Below, piece after piece: positions 19,495-27,823 of a stretch of DNA of 64,000 nt. The stretch lies in NCBI GenBank assembly GCA_963701095.1, contig OY969564.1, positions 1,888,001-1,952,000 of the forward strand, in the 5' to 3' direction. The translations under genes and the position numbers were made by a program. Numbering within the stretch: the stretch's first letter is position 1; each line of letters begins with the position of its first letter. The notes under the pieces were generated by a model. The model saw only the letters and a list, made by a program, of their open reading frames with translations, was not told the DNA's origin and ran no database searches. This DNA comes from an uncultured Methanoregulaceae archaeon. Lineage in GTDB: Archaea; Halobacteriota; Methanomicrobia; Methanomicrobiales; Methanospirillaceae.

Positions 19495-19746
19495 TTATTC
19501 CCTCTTTTCATTCATTCCCTGTTTATGGTGCGGGAGCCCTGTTGTCTCATCCGCGATTGCCAGATTCATCAGGTAGTCGTCCACTGATGCGATGACCGAT
19601 CGGATCTGCGTACCTTCGACAGTCGTCATGACCGTATTACCCCCCGAAGTGGTAGTCATGCTCCTGAGATTGTCGGGTGCAAGTGACAATGCCACGCAGG
19701 AAGCATCCGTGTGAACAGTGGTGATAAAGCCTCGTATCTTCATCAT
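19495..19746 (-). CDS. pcc1: KEOPS complex subunit Pcc1-like protein
   Basis: SLAPDNL and IRSVIASVDDYLMNLAIA; conserved position between DHH and rps3ae. Confidence 0.78.
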   Translation of the reverse strand: MMKIRGFITTVHTDASCVALSLAPDNLRSMTTTSGGNTVMTTVEGTQIRSVIASVDDYLMNLAIADETTGLPHHKQGMNEKRE

Positions 19747-20960
19747 ACAGAAAGCCCCTCCTGCCACCCTTTCATGAAATCTCCAAGCCGGTTGCAGGGG
19801 ACAGTTGCCCCAGCGCGGTTATGATGGCCCCCACCGGTTCCTCCGCATGTGGCGGCGAGATTCCGGACAAGCGGCCCAAGATCTGCTTCGACACCCCGGG
19901 GCAGGCGGGCTGATATACGACAATCTCCCCCGTTTCGCGCATATATGAGCACCGGTGTCTGGTGAACCCAGTCCCGGGCAAGCACGTCAGCCATGTCGCT
20001 TGCAACCACAGCATCTGTGCACTCGTAAATCGCTTCACCGTTATGTGCGGGCTGAACTGTTTTTAGTGCATCAATAACGGCGAGATGGTGTCGCCGAGCA
20101 GTCTCCCAAGCCTCTCCGATTTCTGCTGATGAACGTAAACAGAGTGCAACCGCAAGGTCACCGTGACCTGATTTGCCGCAGGCATCAATAACGGCAGTGA
20201 GCGCATGGGCATCCTCTATAACCTCGCGCTGGAGGTGAACGGTGTCGCCGTAGAGCAGCGTTAGGCCGTCAGCGGAAGCCTGTGGTGCAGACGTGAGCAC
20301 TGCAAGACTCATAAGCACATCTTGTCTGATGCCATTTTCTCCCTGGGCATCGGAGATGAGGTCAGCTACAGCGGAATCGTTACCGCTGATCCCAGCGAGA
20401 TACGGACGGATGGCGAGCAGCCATTTCTCTGCCATGTCGCGGCCGGCAAGTGTCTGTCCCTTGTCCGGAACGATAATACCGTTTGCCACTCCTTCGTTGA
20501 AGATCTCGAGGTTTTTGCCGATGAATTCCTGCCCGTCACCGATGATGCCTGGGATCACAAGGCCGGCAAGGTCCTGGTTGTTACCCATTTCCTGGGCGAC
20601 AATGTATGCCATACCGGCAGCGGAAAGCTCCCGGTCGCCGTCGATTTTTTCAAGCCGGGGATTCGCGTGGAATTGCCCGGAAAACAGCGGCAGGTGGTGA
20701 TCCACAACTATCGTTTCCGGTGGCAGGTCATCCCTGCCAGACCCGAGATCGCACAGGAGTGATGCTGTATCGTTGGAGAGTGATTCAGAAGAAACCTCGG
20801 CACAGACTCTGAGCCGGAACCGTATGCCAGTCCGGAGCATCGCATGACAGAGAATAGCTCCGGCTGCAATCCCGTCTGCATCGTGATGTGCATACACTTC
20901 TACGAACTGCTGGCGGCGAATCTGATCGGCAACGGTTTTTACGGTTTCTACAAGCGACAT
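19743..20960 (-). CDS. DHH/DHHA1 phosphoesterase (RecJ-like)
   Basis: HHDADGIAA, CDLG, VDHH, GGGHHNRAGA. Confidence 0.9.
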   Translation of the reverse strand: MSLVETVKTVADQIRRQQFVEVYAHHDADGIAAGAILCHAMLRTGIRFRLRVCAEVSSESLSNDTASLLCDLGSGRDDLPPETIVVDHHLPLFSGQFHANPRLEKIDGDRELSAAGMAYIVAQEMGNNQDLAGLVIPGIIGDGQEFIGKNLEIFNEGVANGIIVPDKGQTLAGRDMAEKWLLAIRPYLAGISGNDSAVADLISDAQGENGIRQDVLMSLAVLTSAPQASADGLTLLYGDTVHLQREVIEDAHALTAVIDACGKSGHGDLAVALCLRSSAEIGEAWETARRHHLAVIDALKTVQPAHNGEAIYECTDAVVASDMADVLARDWVHQTPVLIYARNGGDCRISARLPRGVEADLGPLVRNLAATCGGTGGGHHNRAGATVPCNRLGDFMKGWQEGLSV

Positions 20961-20986
20961 GGGCACCTTTGGACGAAGTCTCTGAC

Positions 20987-21445
20987 TTATCTGGATAACA
21001 GGATCTCAGCGTTCTCCGGCTTGTACGTAAAGCCTTCGGGCAGCTTCTTTGTACCTGTGTAATATCTCACAAGGCGACGGATCTTGGCTTCTACTAAGTG
21101 AAGCTGGCGCTTGTTGTGCAGATCCTTTTTATTGTCGCCCAAGTGTTTCCGTAACCCGAGTGCCTTTATCATAAGGTCGCGAAGATCTTCGGGAATCTCG
21201 GAGCTTACCTTGTTTTCTTTAAGGATATCTCCGATGCGCTTCCCGGTGATCATTTTTACGTCAGGGACACCGTAGCGGTCCCGAAGGATCAGCCCGATCA
21301 TACTGCCTGATGTGCCTTCTTTGCGGAGATCGACGATAAGTTTCTCGATCGCTGCCTTGTCCGTGTTGGACCAAGCAGGCGCTTCTTTTCGCGCAGGCCG
21401 CACAGAGCATGATTTTCCTCTTCTTCTGGCGTGCATTCTTGCCAT
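20987..21445 (-). CDS. rps15: 30S ribosomal protein S15 (uS15/S13e)
   Basis: MARMHARRRGKS, IGLILRDRYGVP, KIRRLVRYY. Confidence 0.97.
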   Translation of the reverse strand: MARMHARRRGKSCSVRPARKEAPAWSNTDKAAIEKLIVDLRKEGTSGSMIGLILRDRYGVPDVKMITGKRIGDILKENKVSSEIPEDLRDLMIKALGLRKHLGDNKKDLHNKRQLHLVEAKIRRLVRYYTGTKKLPEGFTYKPENAEILLSR

Positions 21446-21494
21446 AGTTATACCTCCTGTTAAGTAATGTAAGTCCAGAAAAGTGCAGCATGCT

Positions 21495-21570
21495 TACTGA
21501 CTCTCTGTAATCCCAAAGCCACGTTTGAGGCCGTGCCTGAATTGGCACGTCGGACTTACATCTGTCAGCA
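21495..21570 (-). ncRNA. Structured 5' leader of rps15 (three-way junction; candidate S15 ribosomal leader of Methanomicrobia)
   Basis: Minus strand folds: UGCUGAC/GUCAGUA and UGUAA/UUACA outer stems, CGUGCC-aauuca-GGCACG and GCC-ucaaacgu-GGC hairpins. Confidence 0.7.
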
Positions 21571-21719
21571 CCCAATAAAAGTGCTGGTCTATTATAGTCT
21601 GCTGGAAATATTAAGGATATCTGTTGACTGATCAATTCATTGAGTGTGTGGTCAGGCGGCACCTATACCGGGGCCGGCAAATATCTTTTTTACCGTGAGA
21701 AAGAGAGAAGGAAGGTACG

Positions 21720-22454
21720 ATGGATGAACATTGTGGGGAAGTCCCCGAGGATATTGTCATCCGGTTCCGGGATTGTTTCTCTGTTCGGTATATCCAGTCT
21801 GCAGCACTCCTTTGCCGGCTTGGATATTGCCTGGAGCAAGAATATACATCTTCCGGAATGCTCTCTGCCGATCAGCGTATTCAACATGAGGCCTTCATTC
21901 TCAACGCGCTTTTTTCAACAGTGGCATTCCTTGAGTCTACGATAAACGAGCTCTGGTCAGATGCAGCGGACAATGCGTACTTCTTCTCAGACGAGAAGAT
22001 CGAGGCATTGTTACACACGATTGGGGTGAAATGGAAGAATGAGAACTATTTTGACCGGACGCCGCTCCCGGCAAAATACCAGAAAATTCTTGAAATAGGT
22101 CAAAAACCGCAGTTTTCCGAAGACGATCCGGATTTCTCCGGGATCCGGGACCTTATCGGCATCAGGAACTACCTGATGCATTACCGACGCGAATGGGTCG
22201 TTATCCAGACTGGCCAGACCGCTGGTGTCCATGGTGAGACGAATGCGGAAAAATTCGAGCGACTTCTAAAAAACCGGTTTGCGGAAAATCCGCTTGCCCG
22301 GAAAAATCTACCCTTCTTTCCGGACAGGTGCCTTGGTCACGGATGTGCCGAATGGGCGGCAGTGACCTGCCTGTCGTTCACTGACCGGTTTTTCAACAGT
22401 CTTGGTTTACCGGCCCCTTATGACGGGATCCGAGATGAACTGGTAACCCGTTAA
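21720..22454 (+). CDS. Stand-alone HEPN-like protein (putative RNase)
   Basis: Helical; STVAFLESTIN (conserved E) and IRNYLMHY (RxxxxH) motifs. Confidence 0.6.
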   Translation: MDEHCGEVPEDIVIRFRDCFSVRYIQSAALLCRLGYCLEQEYTSSGMLSADQRIQHEAFILNALFSTVAFLESTINELWSDAADNAYFFSDEKIEALLHTIGVKWKNENYFDRTPLPAKYQKILEIGQKPQFSEDDPDFSGIRDLIGIRNYLMHYRREWVVIQTGQTAGVHGETNAEKFERLLKNRFAENPLARKNLPFFPDRCLGHGCAEWAAVTCLSFTDRFFNSLGLPAPYDGIRDELVTR

Positions 22455-22580
22455 AATGGTCGCATCGTTTGATCCTTTCAGATGAGATCAGGTCAAAGAA
22501 ACCTATGCCTGAAAAAAAATCTTTGAAGATTTACTGAAATTGTTGGAAGGAAAAAGTTCCTGGAAGCCCTGCATGGGCTC

Positions 22581-22994
22581 TTACCGTTTTTTCCCCTTCT
22601 TCTTTTTTGGCTCGTTCTTTGCCATCGACATAAGATCGATGATGTAACTACCCTCTTCATCACCAATACTTACAATCCGCTCATCGCTTTTTGCCATTTT
22701 ATCAATGTTGAGTTCGTATGAGCCTGGACCTACTATCCGGATCGTTTCGACCCGATCGAACATCTCGACTTCTTTTTTTGGTTTTCCCTTGGCTACGGGC
22801 TCAACCACTTCGAGAACTTCTTCTTTTGATTCGCCTGCAATTTCCTCTATCGTCTTCTCTTCGAACACGTCCTTGTTAATCTCGGACTCTTTTACGTAAA
22901 GGAACTTCTTGCCGCCGCAGCTTGCACATCCCTTGAGGATTTCGGTTGAACCGTCCTTGTATTCCCTGCCGCATTTGGTACATTTGTGTGGCAT
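22581..22994 (-). CDS. oapC: OapC/ArvC-type Zn-ribbon protein (DUF2072)
   Basis: MPHKCTKCG...GCASCGGKKFLY and VETIRIVGPGSYELNI; directly downstream of the GTPase. Confidence 0.85.
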   Translation of the reverse strand: MPHKCTKCGREYKDGSTEILKGCASCGGKKFLYVKESEINKDVFEEKTIEEIAGESKEEVLEVVEPVAKGKPKKEVEMFDRVETIRIVGPGSYELNIDKMAKSDERIVSIGDEEGSYIIDLMSMAKNEPKKKKGKKR

Positions 22995-23007
22995 GATCCC
23001 TCAACCT

Positions 23008-23661
23008 TCAGGCAAAGTTATGGATCATCTTCTCATACAGCTCTTCTGTATTCCTTCCCTCAAGCCCTGATATCGCGACAACGGGGTGCTGGGGAAAGGC
23101 GCTCCGGATCCTGGCGGGAGCCGCGTCAGGCAGATCAATCTTATTAGCGACAATGATAACAGGAAGCTTCCGGCTTTCGATGATCCCAACCATCATGATA
23201 TTTACCTGCATGAAGGGATCGAGAGTCGAATCCAGCATATAGATAACGCCATCTATATCTTCTCGTAACCAGTGCATTGCTTCCGCTACTCCTTCGGTGG
23301 CTTCCCGTGCACGAATGATCGCTTCATCTTTCTCCATGCCGAATTCGAGAAACTCGTGGTAATCGATCTTGGTGGTCACTCCTGGAGTATCTACGATATC
23401 TATCGTTACTCTATGGCCATTTGCACCAGTAATAACAATGTCCTCACGTTTACGCGCCCGTCGGGTTTCATGAGGGATCTCACTAACCGGTCCGACCGCA
23501 TCACCTGTCCAATCCCGGGCGATCCGGTTGGCGAGAGTCGTTTTTCCGGCGTTTGGCGGTCCATAAATACCGATCCTTGTCCGCTTCTTCTTAAAAAACC
23601 GCCGGAGAAATACAGAAAATCTTTTCTTTGCACTCCCCAATGTCCTTGAAAATGTCGTCAT
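23008..23661 (-). CDS. oapA: Era-like small GTPase OapA/ArvA
   Basis: G1 GPPNAGKTT, PHETRR, G3 DTPG, G4 NKID; basic amphipathic N-terminus. Confidence 0.88.
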   Translation of the reverse strand: MTTFSRTLGSAKKRFSVFLRRFFKKKRTRIGIYGPPNAGKTTLANRIARDWTGDAVGPVSEIPHETRRARKREDIVITGANGHRVTIDIVDTPGVTTKIDYHEFLEFGMEKDEAIIRAREATEGVAEAMHWLREDIDGVIYMLDSTLDPFMQVNIMMVGIIESRKLPVIIVANKIDLPDAAPARIRSAFPQHPVVAISGLEGRNTEELYEKMIHNFA

Positions 23662-23726
23662 AGGGTCCCTCTTTTTGTTTAGATGCAGGCCGGTACTACC
23701 GGTTTACCATCAACTGTTGTAATGTT

Positions 23727-23871
23727 TGGAAAGGATGCTTTATTAGGTTTCTCGTGATTGTCCGTCAGGAGATTTCCGATATGGGTGTTTCTGGGGCACC
23801 ATTTTTATTACCCTGCTGCATAGCCTATGCCAATGCCACATGCTATTTATACAAAGGGTGGAAAGGATGCT
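23727..23871. repeat. 13-bp direct repeat TGGAAAGGATGCT (23727-23739 and 23859-23871) between divergent promoters
   Basis: Two exact copies read directly from sequence. Confidence 0.75.
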
Positions 23872-23910
23872 AATTGTAATCATCAGCCAAGCACTTCAAG
23901 GAGGTGACTC

Positions 23911-24477
23911 ATGAAAAAGACAACCAACACGATCCGGTTTGAAACACGCGTCCCATTGAACGATGTGATGAAACGCAACCCGATTATGATAAGTATTGAG
24001 GCAAATGTCGCAAAAGCAGCGAAAGCCATGTGCAGCGAAGAAGTCGGGAGTGTTATCATCCTCAGGAATAACGAGCCAATCGGTATTGTTACTGAAGAGG
24101 ATATTAATTGCAAAGTGGTGGCAAAAGATCTCAAACCAAGTACAGTTCAGGTGAGTACAATCATGAGTACGCCACTCATTACGGTGAGTGCGGACAAGAC
24201 GGTAGTCGATGCAGCCCAGATGATGGTCAAGCATAAGGTCAGAAGACTCCCCGTAGTGGATAAGAAAGGAAAGGTTATCGGCATAGTAACAGTGAGAGAT
24301 CTCCTGACCGTTTCGAATGAGCAAAACGAGCTCCTGACTGATCTCATAGAGATCAACCGGGAGGATAATATCGAGGTGGGCATGTGCAGTCGATGCAGTC
24401 AGATGTCTGATGATCTTAAACGGGTGGACAGTGTCCTTCTCTGCCCCCGCTGCCGTGAGGAGGACACCCTTACATGA
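23911..24477 (+). CDS. CBS-pair protein with C-terminal Zn ribbon
   Basis: Two CBS repeats (PIGIVTEEDI, RRLPVVD..GKVIGIVTVRDLL), then CSRC...CPRC. Confidence 0.9.
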   Translation: MKKTTNTIRFETRVPLNDVMKRNPIMISIEANVAKAAKAMCSEEVGSVIILRNNEPIGIVTEEDINCKVVAKDLKPSTVQVSTIMSTPLITVSADKTVVDAAQMMVKHKVRRLPVVDKKGKVIGIVTVRDLLTVSNEQNELLTDLIEINREDNIEVGMCSRCSQMSDDLKRVDSVLLCPRCREEDTLT

Positions 24478-25223
24478 AAACAGCACGGGATTTCATGCTT
24501 GAGATTCCTGTGCTTACGTATCATGACGGGATAACTAAGGCACGGCAGATTCTTAGAGACGATCGGTACCGAGAGGTTTATGTTACCGGTGTAAAAAAAG
24601 ACCTGCTGGGGTATATCGATATCACCGATGCTTTGCGGGTGACCGCGACGAAATCGAATGTAACTGTAGAAGGATTTGTTAAGGAGGCAGCAAGCGCCGG
24701 CCCTGATACATCTATCGAGAGTGTAGCACAATCTATGCGGAAATTTTCAACGGATAGCGCAGTGATCGTTGACCCATGCCGTCATATTTTAGGTGGTGTG
24801 CTTCTTTCTGATCTGTTCCCGGTTATTATCTCAAGAAATGAGCTTTCCGGGAGGGTTAGTACGCGTATGTCAACAAAGATTGCCACTGCCGATCCTAACG
24901 ATACGCTCCAGCAGATTCATGCGAAGATCGTGGAAAGCGGGTTCACAGCTTTCCCTGTTATCAGGAAAAAGCGGATCGTGGGTTTTATTTCCCGCAGGGA
25001 CCTGATACGGTCAGGGGGTGTGAGGTCTTCACTTGCCCAGAATAGCACAAAAACGGTAGGAGAGATGATGACAAAAGAAGTGATCAGTGTCCATGGCGGG
25101 GCATCGCTTTCCGAAGCTGCCCGTCTTATGGTGGAAAATGATATAAGCCGGCTTCCCGTTATCGAAGGGGAGTCTATTGTTGGCATTGTTGATCGCCACG
25201 ACATTCTTGCCGGATTGGCATGA
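24474..25223 (+). CDS. CBS-domain protein (4 CBS)
   Basis: LLGYIDITDAL, FPVI..IVGFISRRDLI, RLPVI..IVGIVDRHDIL. Confidence 0.9.
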   Translation: MKTARDFMLEIPVLTYHDGITKARQILRDDRYREVYVTGVKKDLLGYIDITDALRVTATKSNVTVEGFVKEAASAGPDTSIESVAQSMRKFSTDSAVIVDPCRHILGGVLLSDLFPVIISRNELSGRVSTRMSTKIATADPNDTLQQIHAKIVESGFTAFPVIRKKRIVGFISRRDLIRSGGVRSSLAQNSTKTVGEMMTKEVISVHGGASLSEAARLMVENDISRLPVIEGESIVGIVDRHDILAGLA

Positions 25224-25363
25224 CATGGTCTTTGGTTCAAAAAGGTAAACAGGTACTTCTGGATCGTAACAACCTGGTGACAAATCATTTTACGGCCCAA
25301 TGTACAGGAAAAGATGTGAGTATACTTCCCATGAATTACACGGGTAGGAAACGAACAGAATAA
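25220..25363 (+). CDS. Possible 47-aa small ORF inside the CBS cluster
   Basis: ATGA overlap with the upstream stop; MTWSLVQKGKQVLLDRNNLVTNHFTAQCTGKDVSILPMNYTGRKRTE*; no recognisable motif. Confidence 0.25.
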   Translation: MTWSLVQKGKQVLLDRNNLVTNHFTAQCTGKDVSILPMNYTGRKRTE

Positions 25364-25450
25364 GATTCATCGGCCAGGTCATGAATCTCACCGCCTCCAA
25401 CGGAGATTACGGAGAGCTGAAATAGACCGGCCAGATAAAGGAGGGTATTA

Positions 25451-26395
25451 ATGCACCGGAACGGACAGGTTGCTGTCAAGCGGGGTGACCGGCTTCTGAA
25501 AATGCGGGGAAAACTTGACCGGGGCCCGATCGAGTTCAAATCCCATATTGTTCAGCAGGAAGGCGAGGTTATGGCGATAGCGACGCGGGATGTTATATCC
25601 GTGCCACCGACGCAAAAAATCATCAGTGCAGTAGCTACAATGACGGAGTGCGGCTTTCGCAGGTTGCCGGTCACCGATGCCGGCACAAAGAAGCTGCGGG
25701 GGATCGTTACTTCCGGTGATATTATCAACTTCCTTGGAGGAGGAGACAAGTATCGTTTGGTCAGTGTACGGCATAATGGGAATTTTACAGCTGCGGTCAA
25801 TGAAAGTGTTCGCACAATAATGACCGCAAAGCCCCAGACACTTTCGTGTGATGCTCATATTGTAGACGCCCTGCAGATTATTGTAGGCAAAAAGATTGGG
25901 GGACTCCCTATTGTCGATCACGATGGAACACTTGCCGGTATCCTTACTGAGCGAGATGTTCTCAGGGTGCTTGCTGCGGACCATAGCCCGTTATTTGTTG
26001 AGGATGTCATGAGTTCTTCCCTCAAGGTTACTGCCCCGGACAGTCCGATATCTGCGGTTACAAAAGATATGACACGGTTCAAGTTTCGCCGTCTGCCTGT
26101 AATAAGTAACGATGTACTCTTTGGGATAATCACCGCAACAGACATTATGCGGCATCTTGGGAACAGGGAGATTTTTGCCCGCCTTATCACTGGTGATGTA
26201 GCCGAGGTCATGAACCTCCCCGTGCGTACACTCATGGCTGGGAATCTATTTACTACGACAAAGAAAAAACCCATCAACGAAGCAGCCCGGGAAATGCTCC
26301 AGAGAAACATTGGAGCGTTGCCGGTTATTGACAACATGCGACTCGTTGGACTTGTGACCGAATTCGACCTCGTACGGGCGTTTTCCGAGGAGTAG
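25451..26395 (+). CDS. CBS-domain protein (4 CBS; AMPK-gamma-like architecture)
   Basis: GFRRLPVTD, IGGLPIVD, FRRLPVI, IGALPVI repeats; GGAGG RBS. Confidence 0.92.
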   Translation: MHRNGQVAVKRGDRLLKMRGKLDRGPIEFKSHIVQQEGEVMAIATRDVISVPPTQKIISAVATMTECGFRRLPVTDAGTKKLRGIVTSGDIINFLGGGDKYRLVSVRHNGNFTAAVNESVRTIMTAKPQTLSCDAHIVDALQIIVGKKIGGLPIVDHDGTLAGILTERDVLRVLAADHSPLFVEDVMSSSLKVTAPDSPISAVTKDMTRFKFRRLPVISNDVLFGIITATDIMRHLGNREIFARLITGDVAEVMNLPVRTLMAGNLFTTTKKKPINEAAREMLQRNIGALPVIDNMRLVGLVTEFDLVRAFSEE

Positions 26396-26401
26396 GCCCT
26401 T

Positions 26402-26959
26402 ATGTCAACCAACACCCTTGCTGCAAGCGATATCATAAGCAGCCCGGTCTTTGCAGTTTCTCCGAGGGATATTGTTGCCCATGCCCCGAACCTTATGGTG
26501 CGCCACAAGATCTCGCGTGTTCTTGTAATGGATGAGGGGAAACTTCCAGGAAAACTCACGAAAAAAGATATTGGTTACCGACTCCACCATCAGGGAGCCG
26601 TTTGGCGGAGGCGTTTTTCTGACCAGAACCGGGTTGCTGAATATGATATGCGGGACCCGGTTAGCGCTACACCTCTAATCTCGCCTCTTGTTATTGCGAG
26701 GATTTTCATTACAAAAAAAATTGGAAGTGTCCCGGTAATTGACAATGGAATTGTCGTCGGGATAGTCACGAAAGAGGATCTGATGAAGTCCGCTCTTGTA
26801 ACCGGCCTGCGTGGCACGATTCAGGACGTGACGGAGGATGCGGTTACAGCAGTTGCACTTATGCAATGTGAACAAGTCAATAACCTTGTTGTCGTCGAAC
26901 ACAACGCCCTTGCAGGGATTTTAAAAAGTGATGATATCATTAAGGAAGTGGCGAAATGA
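26402..26959 (+). CDS. CBS-domain protein, short and apparently degenerate (about 3 CBS)
   Basis: ISRVLVMD, IGSVPVID..GIVTKEDLM, LVVVEH..GILKSDDII; only 185 aa. Confidence 0.7.
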   Translation: MSTNTLAASDIISSPVFAVSPRDIVAHAPNLMVRHKISRVLVMDEGKLPGKLTKKDIGYRLHHQGAVWRRRFSDQNRVAEYDMRDPVSATPLISPLVIARIFITKKIGSVPVIDNGIVVGIVTKEDLMKSALVTGLRGTIQDVTEDAVTAVALMQCEQVNNLVVVEHNALAGILKSDDIIKEVAK

Positions 26960-27732
26960 CAAAAGAACTGTTTATTAAAGATATCATGGCAAAACCAACG
27001 ACTATATCAAAATCGGCAAAGATTACCGAGGCACTCGACAAAATGCTCGACGAAGGCATCGATCCTCTAATTGCACTCAATAATACGTCAGTTGTCGGCA
27101 CAGTTTCAAGGGAGGCTATCGCCGAGAAACTAGGGAGCAAGCAGAACACTGGACTTGCCCCGGCCGCTATACATGTGGCAAGTGTTGTAAAGGAGGACTT
27201 TACGAGCGTTTATCCTGATGAGAACGTTAATGTCCTTGTTCCCCTGCTCCAGCAGTTTAAGCTCGTGGTTGTGTACGATAGCGATCATAACCTGATTGGA
27301 CAGGTGTCAGCTATCGACCTGTTAAAAAAGTACTCCTACGAGGGTAGTATCATGGGAGCTATTGAACAGGCAACTACTATTGATGCGGATGAACGAGTTG
27401 TCCATCTCCGACGCAGGATGGTAGATGATAAGATCTCCCGTTTTGTTGTGACTTCAAATAACAAGATTACCGGCATCGTGACCGAAACTGATGTTGCCGT
27501 TGCGATGAGGAAATTCCGGGAGATGGTAAAAGACCAACATCAGGATCACCAGATCCGTAACCTTCTCGTACGGGATATTATGAGCGCACCTCTGATCTCT
27601 CTTGAGATCGGAGCATCTTATCGGGATATAGTTGATCTGATGGTTTCAAAGAATATCAGCACCGTGCCGGTCACTGACAAAGGTAAACTGGCCGGTCTTA
27701 TAACACGCCGATCATTGATTCAGGTTCTTTAG
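26956..27732 (+). CDS. CBS-domain protein (4 CBS)
   Basis: ISRFVV..GIVTETDVA, TVPVTDKGKLAGLITRRSLI. Confidence 0.9.
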   Translation: MTKELFIKDIMAKPTTISKSAKITEALDKMLDEGIDPLIALNNTSVVGTVSREAIAEKLGSKQNTGLAPAAIHVASVVKEDFTSVYPDENVNVLVPLLQQFKLVVVYDSDHNLIGQVSAIDLLKKYSYEGSIMGAIEQATTIDADERVVHLRRRMVDDKISRFVVTSNNKITGIVTETDVAVAMRKFREMVKDQHQDHQIRNLLVRDIMSAPLISLEIGASYRDIVDLMVSKNISTVPVTDKGKLAGLITRRSLIQVL

Positions 27733-27823
27733 AGAATCAGGTTTGAAAACTTTTTTCTTTCTCGAGTGCACAGAGCAAACTTTTTAGGATTTTAGTAGAC
27801 GTTTGAAGGATATCACAAAGCAG

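Noticed and set aside
22478..22540. C/D box sRNA (GATGA...CTGA...TGAAGA...CTGA)
   Set aside because: The C box is imperfect and the second guide would be only about 4-5 nt.
23662..23910. Replication origin next to oapA
   Set aside because: No cdc6/orc1 gene, no recognisable ORB with a G-string, and no long AT-rich unwinding element.
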